Positions 27,753-36,388 of a stretch of 64,000 nt of DNA are shown in pieces. Every line of letters starts with the position of its first letter. The stretch's first letter is position 1. Made by a program: the position numbers and the translations under genes. This stretch comes from a bacterium. GTDB taxonomy: Bacteria > Chlamydiota > Chlamydiia > Chlamydiales > SM23-39. Under the pieces are notes generated by a model, which searched no databases, had not been told where the DNA came from, and was given only the letters and a program-made list of their open reading frames with translations. The DNA is taken from the NCBI GenBank assembly GCA_021781995.1, contig JAJXVT010000002.1, forward strand, positions 8,903 to 72,902, given 5' to 3'.

Positions 27753-28016
27753 TTATTCGTTATCAAGAGCGATCTGGGCCGATTTTTTGAGCAGCAGCTC
27801 CTCTGCGCTAGCCTCTTCGGAAGAGGGCGCCTCGCACTCGTCTGAGCAGTCGCTATGTAAAAAATCCTCACAATCTTCGTTATTACCGCAGCAAGATTGG
27901 GCTGATTTTGAACATTGCATCATAGCGATTTCAAACGATTCTCCGCCTGGAGAGGCCGACAAACACAGTCCAGCCGCCACAGCGCCACATATCAAATTAA
28001 GATGATCTTGTTTCAT
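27753..28016 (-). CDS. Small secreted Cys-rich acidic protein, 87 aa
   Basis: Signal-like N-terminus MKQDHLNLICGAVAAGLCLSASP. Mature part has 7 Cys in CSKSAQSCCGNNEDCEDFLHSDCSDEC and an acidic tail. Confidence 0.5.
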   Translation of the reverse strand: MKQDHLNLICGAVAAGLCLSASPGGESFEIAMMQCSKSAQSCCGNNEDCEDFLHSDCSDECEAPSSEEASAEELLLKKSAQIALDNE

Positions 28017-28042
28017 ATTGCCTCTTAAAAAAGTTTATGTTG

Positions 28043-28120
28043 GCCAATTGCAAAACTGCTTGGTCCGGAAAAATGCCCTCAAAAGGGCGATTTAACGAGC
28101 AAAGCAGTTTTGCAATTAGC
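28043..28120. repeat. Interspersed palindromic repeat, most symmetric copy
   Basis: Perfect 16-bp inverted repeat AATTGCAAAACTGCTT (28046-28061) / AAGCAGTTTTGCAATT (28102-28117). Inner hairpin GCCCT-CAAA-AGGGC (28074-28087). Confidence 0.8.
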
Positions 28121-28228
28121 TCTATTGCCTAGCCTGCTTAAGATCTTATTTTCCCCCTCATTTTTCGTCTAGGAATTTATTCCAGATTGATCTATTATGA
28201 ATGTCCATTAAATGAGTGGTGATAGACT

Positions 28229-28678
28229 ATGAAGAAGTGGCTGTTTATTTTGACATCTTTATTTGCATCTTTTGCATTCGGCAACGCGCCGGACAATGAG
28301 ACGCATGAATTTTCTGGTAAGCACTTTTTTGGAAGCTATACCAATTGCGATAAGAGCGCATTAGGGGACGTTGAAGGAATGCTAGCTGCGATGGACAAAG
28401 CCGTTCTCGCATCCGGCGCGACCATTCTCGATCGCACCCATTATGTTTTCCCGCCAAACGGCCTAACCGTCGTATATTTACTATCAGAAAGTCACGCAAG
28501 CATTCATACATACCCTGAATATGGAGCCTGTTTTGTGGACTTATTTACCTGCGGCGACCATTGTTCCCCGGTTGGCTTCGATCAAATTTTACGCGAATAT
28601 CTTCAGCCTGAAGACATCAGCGCGCGCCTTTTTCTCCGCCATGATGGCGTCGAAGAAGTTCCCGTCCATAATTTCTAA
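28229..28678 (+). CDS. AdoMetDC-fold (SpeH/SpeD class 1) pyruvoyl-dependent decarboxylase homologue with N-terminal signal peptide
   Basis: Self-processing motif LLSESHASIHTYPE (Glu87/Ser88, Ser codon 28490-28492) and FVDLFTCG. N-terminus MKKWLFILTSLFASFAFGNAP. Confidence 0.8.
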   Translation: MKKWLFILTSLFASFAFGNAPDNETHEFSGKHFFGSYTNCDKSALGDVEGMLAAMDKAVLASGATILDRTHYVFPPNGLTVVYLLSESHASIHTYPEYGACFVDLFTCGDHCSPVGFDQILREYLQPEDISARLFLRHDGVEEVPVHNF

Positions 28679-28689
28679 GCCCCCAAAAA

Positions 28690-28750
28690 AATTGAAAAGC
28701 GCTCTGCAAAGAGCGATTTTAACGGGGGAAATGAGTTTTGCAATCGACTC
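28690..28750. repeat. Interspersed repeat core copy; hairpin may act as terminator
   Basis: CGCTCT-GCAA-AGAGCG (28700-28715) followed by ATTTT, then TTAACGGGGGAAATGAGTTTTGCAATCGACTC. Lies between convergent genes. Confidence 0.7.
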
Positions 28751-28755
28751 TACAG

Positions 28756-29673
28756 TTATGCTGTATAGTTTTTAGGAAAGGCAAAGCGCTTAAGATCAGC
28801 GGCTACTTGGGTATTGGCAAACACTTCCCGTGCCTCGATGCCCAATTCTTCGGGATCTCTATATCTCGCTGAAAAATGGGTTAAAATCAACTGCTGAGCG
28901 CCCGCTTCTTTAGCGATCATCGCGGCTTGCACTGCAGTCATATGCATGTAATCATGCGCCATCTCTTTTTCGCGATGGCTATAGGTCGCTTCGCACAGTA
29001 GCAATTTTGCATTGCGCGCCAAATGCACTGCAGCTTTACACGGACGGGTATCAACAACATACGCAAAAGCATCGCCGGGACGAACGTGGCTCACATCGGC
29101 AAGAGCGATGATCCTGCCGTTGTGCTGTACTTGACCTTCTTGCTCTAATTCTCGAATGATAGGTCCATCCAATCCAAATGCTTTCAACTTTTCACGATCA
29201 AATTTCAAAGTATCTGGTTCGGTGATTCTCCAGCCAATGTTGTCGATACCATGATCTAAAAACGCAGCTTCGATGCGAAAACGCCCATCATCTTCTACTA
29301 ATCCTTCTTTCGAAACCGGATGTTCTACCACTTTGATATTTTCGCGATAGATGCAGCAATAGCGCAAGCGGTCGAAAAATTTTTTTCCACTAGCGGGATA
29401 ATAGCAGTGAATGGGATGGGTGACTTTATCGAGATTTAGCCGTAAAAGCATAGACCCAAGTCCGAGGCAATGATCGCCATGAAAATGGCTGATAAAAATG
29501 CGGGTGGTGCATGGCGGCGGGATGTCGGCAAAGATATACTGCCTTTGCGTGCCTTCTCCGGGGTCAAATAAAAGTCCTTCGTCATTCCAGCGCAATAAAT
29601 ACGCGCCGTGGTTGCGAAAACGGGTCTGCTGCTGGCTAGAGCAGCCTAAAATAGTCAAATCTCGTACGCTCAT
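28756..29673 (-). CDS. rnz: Ribonuclease Z (metallo-beta-lactamase fold)
   Basis: [11 protein letters not shown] and [16 protein letters not shown] (HxHxDH), 305 aa. Confidence 0.85.
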   Translation of the reverse strand: MSVRDLTILGCSSQQQTRFRNHGAYLLRWNDEGLLFDPGEGTQRQYIFADIPPPCTTRIFISHFHGDHCLGLGSMLLRLNLDKVTHPIHCYYPASGKKFFDRLRYCCIYRENIKVVEHPVSKEGLVEDDGRFRIEAAFLDHGIDNIGWRITEPDTLKFDREKLKAFGLDGPIIRELEQEGQVQHNGRIIALADVSHVRPGDAFAYVVDTRPCKAAVHLARNAKLLLCEATYSHREKEMAHDYMHMTAVQAAMIAKEAGAQQLILTHFSARYRDPEELGIEAREVFANTQVAADLKRFAFPKNYTA

Positions 29674-30774
29674 CTAATGTATCCTTGCTGCAAACCATCG
29701 GAGACGCCCGAGCACAATCCCAATGAGAGCGCCCGCGATGTGAGCCGTATTGGCAATCCCCGGAACAAATTGAATCGGTGTTAAGAGCCAAGCAAAAAAC
29801 GAGCCGACTTGCAGCGCCGCCATCGCCAAGACAAACAAAACTAAAAATAAAATCGTAGAGCGGTGCAAGGGATATCCTTCCCAAGGCGCTATTCGCTCGC
29901 GCATCCAAACAAATCCGGCTAACCCCATGATCACGCCTGAATAACCTAAAAAAAGCGGGCCTCCCATCAGGTACTGCGCTGTATTAGAAATCACTGCAAT
30001 TACAAGGCTTAACAACAATGTGCGAAACGCTCCAATGCGCATCTCGATCGGCCGGCTTAAAATCCAAAGCCACATCATATTGAATAAGATATGCAACGAT
30101 TGCAAATGCAAAACAGCGGGCGATACCAACCTCCATATTTGACCTTGCTTGATGCTTGTAAACATAGGCCCAAACGCTGAAGATGAATCTTCACTTTTTG
30201 CTGTCAATAAAAGCCACTGGTACAGGCCTTTCCAATAAGAGGTGTTGACCGCCTGTTCTACTTCCGTTGCAATTTCTGGGGGCAGCGCTTTAGCCGGGGG
30301 CAATTTTTCTATTTTTTCTTCCACCGCTGCGATTTGCACAGGCTCATCGTAGAGCAAGCTCGCCGCAATGGGCGTGATAAATGGGGTCTTATCTGAAAAT
30401 CCCTGCTGCTCCATCTGAGCTTCTTGCATCCAATTTAAAATAAAAACAAAGATGCACAAAGACAGTATAAAAGAAGTAAACATCGTTTTTTTCTTCACTT
30501 CAGGAACCGGCTCAGTTTCTAAAGAAGTGTCTTGCGGTTCTAGAACTGATGCAATGACATTGAACTCAGCGCTTTTGGGATTTGCTTGAAACCGGGTAAA
30601 AAGTTCCATTGCTTTTTGAATTTGATCTTCATCTAAAACCCAAATTGGATACGACATATGCCCCGTTGCTGCATCAAATGTCATATCGCAGGACGTTTCG
30701 ATTTTCTGCTGTTTCAAAACAGCGCAAAACTGCCGAGCTTGATCTTCATTGAGTAACGTTCCAACTATCCGCAT
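29674..30774 (-). CDS. Rhomboid-family intramembrane serine protease with N-terminal soluble domain
   Basis: GYSGVIMGLAGF (GxSG) and NTAHIAGALIG (catalytic His), about 6 TM. Confidence 0.8.
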   Translation of the reverse strand: MRIVGTLLNEDQARQFCAVLKQQKIETSCDMTFDAATGHMSYPIWVLDEDQIQKAMELFTRFQANPKSAEFNVIASVLEPQDTSLETEPVPEVKKKTMFTSFILSLCIFVFILNWMQEAQMEQQGFSDKTPFITPIAASLLYDEPVQIAAVEEKIEKLPPAKALPPEIATEVEQAVNTSYWKGLYQWLLLTAKSEDSSSAFGPMFTSIKQGQIWRLVSPAVLHLQSLHILFNMMWLWILSRPIEMRIGAFRTLLLSLVIAVISNTAQYLMGGPLFLGYSGVIMGLAGFVWMRERIAPWEGYPLHRSTILFLVLFVLAMAALQVGSFFAWLLTPIQFVPGIANTAHIAGALIGIVLGRLRWFAARIH

Positions 30775-31301
30775 CGCTGAATTTTCTCCACAATTGCTGA
30801 GGTTGCAAGGCCATCGATCCTTTCGACTAGATGCAGCCGCCCCCCTCCTTGACGAACCGTATCTGCTTCAATGCACTGCGCGCCATATTCCACGCCGTTT
30901 GTGTGCACATCAGGACAAATTTTAGCTAAAAGCTGCCTGGGATCGGTTTGTTCAAACCATGTAACATAATCCACAAATTCAAGAGCTGCCACTAATTCCA
31001 GCCGATCTTTCAAAGAAATAATGGGCCGGTTGGGACTTTTATACCGGCGAATCGACTCGTCGGAATTCAATGCAACTAAAAGGCAATCGGCTTGCAGCGA
31101 GGCTTGGTGAATGATATACAAATGTCCGGCATGCAGAAGGTCGAACGAGCCGTTCAAGGTCCCGATCGTCCTTCCGCTGGAGCGCGTTTGCTCAGCCCAC
31201 GTTTCAATGAGCTCCGGGACGATGAGCTTTTTTTCTAGCCACGGAATGCTGCGTTTCTTCTGAGCGTCGCTTTGTTCTAGGGGCTGTTGTCTTTGACTCA
31301 T
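30765..31301 (-). CDS. Cytidylyl/adenylyltransferase, RfaE domain II (HldC-like, heptose-1-phosphate adenylyltransferase)
   Basis: TLNGSFDLLHAGHLYII...LLVALNSDESIRRYKSPNRPI...LEFVDYV. The ATG at 31301 overlaps the lon 3' end by 98 nt. Confidence 0.75.
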   Translation of the reverse strand: MSQRQQPLEQSDAQKKRSIPWLEKKLIVPELIETWAEQTRSSGRTIGTLNGSFDLLHAGHLYIIHQASLQADCLLVALNSDESIRRYKSPNRPIISLKDRLELVAALEFVDYVTWFEQTDPRQLLAKICPDVHTNGVEYGAQCIEADTVRQGGGRLHLVERIDGLATSAIVEKIQRCG

Positions 31302-33789
31302 GAATCCTTTCTTTGGGAAACGCTACTCTAAACACCTCGTCATAAGTCTCGACGAAATGTACTTCCAGCCCGGTCTTTAAAAAGGCCGGCAACTCGTCGT
31401 AATCGCGCTCATTTTCTTTTGGAAAAATGAGAACATTGACCTTCGATCGGCGGGCTGCAATGAGCTTCTCTCGAAGCCCCCCAATCGGCAAGACTCGTCC
31501 CGTCAGAGTCAGCTCTCCGGTCATTCCGAGATTGTCTCTCAATGGCTTTTTCAACAGGAGCGACAAGAGCGAACTGACCATCGTAATCCCGGCAGACGGC
31601 CCATCTTTTGGCGTAGCTCCTTCGGGAATATGGATGTGAACTTGCGCTTTCTCAAAGAATTTACCATTTGAAACGTATTTATGGACAGCACTTTGCACGT
31701 AAGTCCATGCAATTTGGGCAGACTCTTTCATCACATCGCCTGCTTGCCCCGTCAATTTCATCTCAGTTCTTTCGGCGGGGTACTCTACCGATTCAACATA
31801 CAAAGTAGCTCCGCCCATCGAAGTCCATGCAAGGCCTGTTGCTACACCGACTGGATTGACTTTGTAAAAGCGATCGGAGGTGAAAATAGGTTTGCCCAAA
31901 TACTCAGAGAGATTTTCCTCTGTAATGTGATGGCAGTCTTCTTTTTTCTTTTTCGAGGCCCCTTCTTCATGGCGGGCAATCGCAACGGCTACTTTACGCA
32001 TGATTTTTTTGATGTTGTTTTCCAAATTGCGCACTCCCGATTCGCGCGCATAGCCATTGATGATTTGACCAATTGCTCCTTTGGTGAAATGGATATCGGT
32101 CGCTTTCAGCCCCATCAATTTGCGGCTGCGGGGAATGAGGTATTTGCTTGCGATGGCAACTTTTTCCGCTTGGATATAGCCCGAGAGTCTCAAAATTTCC
32201 ATTCGGTCTTTTAAAGGCTCAGGAATTGTATCCAAAACGTTAGCCGTAACTATAAACAAAATGTTAGACAAATCACAGCGAACATCGAGATAATGGTCGA
32301 GGAAATCTTTATTTTGTTCAGGATCTAAAACTTCGAGCAATGCAGACGCCGGATCGCCATGGTAGCTTGCGCCCATTTTATCTACCTCGTCCAGCATAAT
32401 GACAGGATTCATCGTCTCAGCTTCTTTTAACGCCTGAATCATTTTTCCGGGCATTGCGCCGATGTAAGTTCTTCTATGGCCTTTGATCTCGGCCTCATCG
32501 CGCATGCCACCCACCGAAAAGCGGTAAAATTTGCGATTCAACGCGCGGGCAACGCTCTTGCCTATGCTTGTCTTACCAACTCCCGGAGGTCCGACAAGGC
32601 AAATGATGCTTCCCTTTACCCCACCTGTAAGTTTACCTACCCCGATGAACTCCAAAATGCGTTCTTTAATATCTTTTAAGCCATAGTGATCGGCCTCAAG
32701 AATTTTTTCCGCTTGCGACAAGTCGTGCATTTCTTGAGAATAAACACCCCAAGGAACGATCGTGAGCCAATCGAGATAATTGCGGCAAACGCCATATTCT
32801 GCCGACTGCATTTCCAATGTCGAAAGTTTATCTAGCTCTTCGCGAATCACTTTCATGACATCGTCAGGCACTACCTTATTTTTCAAGCGCTCTTCGAATT
32901 TTTCTGCATCGAGTGTTTTATCGTCTTTTTCAACGCCCAATTCTTTTTTAATAGCTTTCAGCTGTTCGCGCAGGAAAAATTCCCTTTGCGTTTTGGAAAT
33001 GGTGGCTTCAATGCGAGAGTTGATCGTACTTTGCAGTTTGCTGATATCGAGCTCTTTTTTCAAAAGCATCAAAGCGCGGTCAATCCGTTTTTCAACGTCA
33101 AACATCTCCAAAACTTCTTGCAACTCTTCGCGCGTGGCGGTCGTCAATGCAACGGCAAAATCTGCTAAGCGGCCAGGTTCGGTAAAATCAGAATGGCCTA
33201 AGAAGATTTGCAATTCTTCTTTAAATAATGGATTGAGCTTCAACAGTTCTTTGATTGTCGTAATGATGCTAATGGAATACGCTTTTAACTCGCGCGACAA
33301 GTGATGCATCGGAGGATCTTCGTGATAAGAAACGGCTGCCTGCAGATATTTTCCGGGCACTGCCTTTTCAATCACGATCCGTTTTTCCATATTTAAGACG
33401 ACCTGAGCGCCGCCCTGTTCCATTGGGATGATCCGCAATACGCGAGCCACAACGCCGACCTTGTACAAGTCATTCAAGCCAATTTTGTAAATGTTTACAT
33501 CCTCTTTTTCTGTTAAAAAGAGGCCCAGGCACTTATGCTCGGTTTTGGCAATGATTTTGAGCACCTCGTAATAAGGGCCCGGCTCGATCACAATCGGCGC
33601 CGCCATTCCCGGGAAGAACGGACGTCGATTCAGCGGCAGCAAATACAGCTGTTTTGGGTAAGCAAGAGTGGGAACAAGTCCTTGTTCCACCTTTGGTTCC
33701 CCCTTGCCTTCAGCAAGTTCGGGATGTTCCGGTGTAATTTCCGGAGAAATTTGATCATCTAAATCGTCATTATCCAAGGTCTGCCTCAT
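31204..33789 (-). CDS. lon: ATP-dependent Lon protease
   Basis: LON N-domain, Walker A GPPGVGKTS, protease site PKDGPSAGITM, 861 aa. Confidence 0.95.
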   Translation of the reverse strand: MRQTLDNDDLDDQISPEITPEHPELAEGKGEPKVEQGLVPTLAYPKQLYLLPLNRRPFFPGMAAPIVIEPGPYYEVLKIIAKTEHKCLGLFLTEKEDVNIYKIGLNDLYKVGVVARVLRIIPMEQGGAQVVLNMEKRIVIEKAVPGKYLQAAVSYHEDPPMHHLSRELKAYSISIITTIKELLKLNPLFKEELQIFLGHSDFTEPGRLADFAVALTTATREELQEVLEMFDVEKRIDRALMLLKKELDISKLQSTINSRIEATISKTQREFFLREQLKAIKKELGVEKDDKTLDAEKFEERLKNKVVPDDVMKVIREELDKLSTLEMQSAEYGVCRNYLDWLTIVPWGVYSQEMHDLSQAEKILEADHYGLKDIKERILEFIGVGKLTGGVKGSIICLVGPPGVGKTSIGKSVARALNRKFYRFSVGGMRDEAEIKGHRRTYIGAMPGKMIQALKEAETMNPVIMLDEVDKMGASYHGDPASALLEVLDPEQNKDFLDHYLDVRCDLSNILFIVTANVLDTIPEPLKDRMEILRLSGYIQAEKVAIASKYLIPRSRKLMGLKATDIHFTKGAIGQIINGYARESGVRNLENNIKKIMRKVAVAIARHEEGASKKKKEDCHHITEENLSEYLGKPIFTSDRFYKVNPVGVATGLAWTSMGGATLYVESVEYPAERTEMKLTGQAGDVMKESAQIAWTYVQSAVHKYVSNGKFFEKAQVHIHIPEGATPKDGPSAGITMVSSLLSLLLKKPLRDNLGMTGELTLTGRVLPIGGLREKLIAARRSKVNVLIFPKENERDYDELPAFLKTGLEVHFVETYDEVFRVAFPKERIHESKTTAPRTKRRSEETQHSVARKKAHRPGAH

Positions 33790-33824
33790 TTAGAGGGTGT
33801 CTACAAAGAATTTAGGGGTTTTCA

Positions 33825-33926
33825 GCCAATTGCAAACGGCTTTGCTCGTTAAAACCGTCTTTTTGAGGACATTTTCAAATACGCCCTCAAAACCATCGCT
33901 TTTTCCGAGCAAAGCCGCTTCGCAAC
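33825..33926. repeat. Interspersed repeat, double (head-to-head) copy upstream of lon
   Basis: GCCAATTGCAAACGGCTTTGCTCGTTAAAACCGTCTTTTTGAGGAC ... GCCCTCAAAACC...CCGAGCAAAGCCGCTTCGCAAC. The left half aligns with the reverse complement of 28043-28120. Confidence 0.75.
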
Positions 33927-34068
33927 CCGTTCTCTTTTAAGCCGAATTTCGACGAAGCGTCACTTTAGTAGACACCCCTTTAGTCTATTAGTTAAAAGAC
34001 TTCGACTCAAAAAGCAAGCAGAATAGCAATCTCTCAAAAAATGCGCAACCTGCTATCATAAAAGCCCC

Positions 34069-34620
34069 ATGAAAGAGATTGTGTTAGAAACAAGTACAGA
34101 CTCACCCTTCCTAGCGCTCATCGAAAATGACCGCATCCTCTATTACACCCCCCTTCCTTCGGGCCCGCCTCTTTCTAAACACCTGGGAGTCAAGGTAGAA
34201 GAACTAACCAAGGCATTTCCTCCGCCCTACAGCCGCATCATACTCGGAGTAGGGCCTGGCTCTTACACCGGCACTCGCGTCGGCGCCGCCATTGCGCAAG
34301 CTCTCTGCATCGGCTGGTCCATCCCTCTTTGCGCAGCGCCGAGCCCATTTGCATTTGCTCCCGATACAGACAATTGGACCGTTATCATCGATGCGCGCGC
34401 CGGAGGCTTTTACATACAGCAGAAGGGCGATGCGCCTAAAAAAATATCATTAGAACAAATAGAACAACTCAAAGGGCAGATCTTAGTCTCGCCCCATGCA
34501 GCCCTGATCCGCGCTCGGCTGCCTGATTTCACAATTGAACAAGCAGAGCCCAATGCGCTGCGTTTAGCAGCTGCATCGAGCCCCGTCATTTTAGAACAAC
34601 TCGAACTATTTTATTTTTAA
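34069..34620 (+). CDS. tsaB: tRNA t6A37 biosynthesis protein TsaB (YeaZ)
   Basis: GVGPGSYTGTRVGAAIAQAL motif, 183 aa. Confidence 0.8.
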   Translation: MKEIVLETSTDSPFLALIENDRILYYTPLPSGPPLSKHLGVKVEELTKAFPPPYSRIILGVGPGSYTGTRVGAAIAQALCIGWSIPLCAAPSPFAFAPDTDNWTVIIDARAGGFYIQQKGDAPKKISLEQIEQLKGQILVSPHAALIRARLPDFTIEQAEPNALRLAAASSPVILEQLELFYF

Positions 34621-35129
34621 GGACCTAGAGACACGATATCTTCTTCGCTTACCAAGCGCGGGTCAACCCATTCTGGAGAAGACTCCTTAAAGGGTGAGTC
34701 CGGCCTCAACATACCAGGACCAGAACCCCCCTCCCACACGGTCTCACGACGAAGCAACAAAATATTGAAGCCCAAAATTTTAAGAAAATCTCCAACAACG
34801 CCTGTGGGGTAGCCCTCATCCAGGCTATTGTGTCCGAAAAAAGCACCATCTCCTTCTTTCATACTGTAATGGATCAATAAGCGGGCACCTAAGCACGCTG
34901 CGCATCCTATCGCAGCGCCTATACCGCCCGTTCCGGACAAAAACAAGACACCCGCAGCAACTGCGGCAATTGTTGCAATATTGTACAATGCGGCATGAAC
35001 GTTATATGTGATCAGCCTATTGCGATGATCGACAGCAAGCGGGGGTTCGGCTTCACGTGAGCCGGAACGAGATACCAAAGATTTAATCGCATCATAAATA
35101 AACGACATATATCTCCATAGGTTAGTCAC
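34617..35129 (-). CDS. Membrane protein with bilobed hydrophobic domain (Inc-like), cassette copy 1
   Basis: HAALYNIATIAAVAAGVLFLSGTGGIGAAIGCAACLGARLLI. Paralogue of 35563-35976 (HAA.Y..AT, LSG.GG, SM.EGD, F.KI.G.NI..L). Confidence 0.6.
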   Translation of the reverse strand: MTNLWRYMSFIYDAIKSLVSRSGSREAEPPLAVDHRNRLITYNVHAALYNIATIAAVAAGVLFLSGTGGIGAAIGCAACLGARLLIHYSMKEGDGAFFGHNSLDEGYPTGVVGDFLKILGFNILLLRRETVWEGGSGPGMLRPDSPFKESSPEWVDPRLVSEEDIVSLGP

Positions 35130-35173
35130 AAATATTATACATTATACATAATTATAAAATCAATAATAGTAAA

Positions 35174-35524
35174 TCATTTATTTTCTGTCGTTTGCATTTG
35201 ATAACTATCGAACAAATAACCTGGAGGGGAATCTTGATTCACTTTTTTTGAGACAACTTTACCATCTTTCAGGACGATCGTATAACATCTTTCTTCAATC
35301 GTACGCTCGCCTTCTTTGATGCGCTCGATATATTCATATTCTACAGTTCCATCCGCTCGCTCATGCACGGAATAGGGACGGCCGAGAGAGGCAACGGTTT
35401 CCGATTCGGTAGCGCCGATGGGTATATCGTAAAATGCACGCATAGAAACAATACTGCCGCCCGAAGAACATCCGGCGGCAGCAAAACAAAGTAAAAAATA
35501 ACACAAAACGCGCCGTTTACTCAT
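35174..35524 (-). CDS. Lipoprotein, BamE/SmpA-OmlA-like, cassette copy 1
   Basis: Lipobox FAAAGC. IPIGATESETVASLGRP...GTVEYEYIER. Start ATG 35524 (MSKRRVL) preferred over track start 35560. Confidence 0.6.
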   Translation of the reverse strand: MSKRRVLCYFLLCFAAAGCSSGGSIVSMRAFYDIPIGATESETVASLGRPYSVHERADGTVEYEYIERIKEGERTIEERCYTIVLKDGKVVSKKVNQDSPPGYLFDSYQMQTTENK

Positions 35525-35562
35525 GAGGTAGTTCTCTAATTGCGCGCAATAGCCTCTCATGA

Positions 35563-35976
35563 TTATCTAGGTTGAACTCCCCATGCGAAGCGAAAAGGGG
35601 GCAGCATGATAATATTTACACCGCCAATTTTAAAATAATCGCTTGTCGGGGGCCTGCCCACCAAATCGCCCGCCATTGCGACCGCTGAAGAATTACGCAC
35701 TTTAAACTCATGATCTCCCTCGCGCATGCTGCGATCCATAACTTGTCTGCAACCAAAACCAAGAGCCATCCAAGCAAGCGAAGCAAGCCCGCCGCTTCCC
35801 GATAGCAAAGCAACAGCAGCCACGCCCATAACTAAAGTAGCCACGTCATACACAGCTGCATGAGCGCTGTGAGCAACTTGCTTTTTCGCCTCCCCTGCGA
35901 GGGGCTGGCTATTCAACCGCTCGAAAAGCCAATTACTTCCGTTACTAATTAACTCGTAAACACTAATATTTGACAT
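35563..35976 (-). CDS. Membrane protein with bilobed hydrophobic domain (Inc-like), cassette copy 2
   Basis: HAAVYDVATLVMGVAAVALLSGSGGLASLAWMALGFG. Paralogue of 34617-35129. Confidence 0.6.
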   Translation of the reverse strand: MSNISVYELISNGSNWLFERLNSQPLAGEAKKQVAHSAHAAVYDVATLVMGVAAVALLSGSGGLASLAWMALGFGCRQVMDRSMREGDHEFKVRNSSAVAMAGDLVGRPPTSDYFKIGGVNIIMLPPFRFAWGVQPR

Positions 35977-36040
35977 CGAAATACCCCCTCTCTAAAGTTT
36001 GCAATTATTTTAACACAAACAACCATTATTCAAAATAACA

Positions 36041-36388
36041 CTAAAAATTTTCCTGATTATCTGTGGTCTGCATTTGATAGCTATCAAAGAGGTATCCAGG
36101 AGGGGACGTTTGTTTGATTGTTTTTGACACCACTCGCCCGTCTTTCATGGTGATCACATACCGCCTTTCTTCGAGAGTGCGATCGCCTTCATGCAGCCGC
36201 TCGATATATTCATATTCAACCGTACCATCACTATTTTCTTTAACAGAAAACGGTTCGCCAACTAAAGATACAAGCTCTGGCTTTGTCGCGCCAATCGGAA
36301 CTTCGTAAAAAGCGTGCATTGAATCTACGCCGCCTCCGGATGAGCAACTTGCAGTGGCAAAACACATGAGCAAACAAAATCTTTTCAT
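36041..36388 (-). CDS. Lipoprotein, BamE/SmpA-OmlA-like, cassette copy 2
   Basis: Lipobox FATASC. Long identical blocks with copy 1 (GTVEYEYIER, SPPGYLFDSYQMQTT). Confidence 0.65.
   Translation of the reverse strand: MKRFCLLMCFATASCSSGGGVDSMHAFYEVPIGATKPELVSLVGEPFSVKENSDGTVEYEYIERLHEGDRTLEERRYVITMKDGRVVSKTIKQTSPPGYLFDSYQMQTTDNQENF

Noticed and set aside
33789-33984. CIRCE/HrcA heat-shock operator upstream of lon
   Set aside because: The inverted repeats present (GGGTGTCTAC / GTAGACACCC and the repeat-family arms) do not match TTAGCACTC-N9-GAGTGCTAA.
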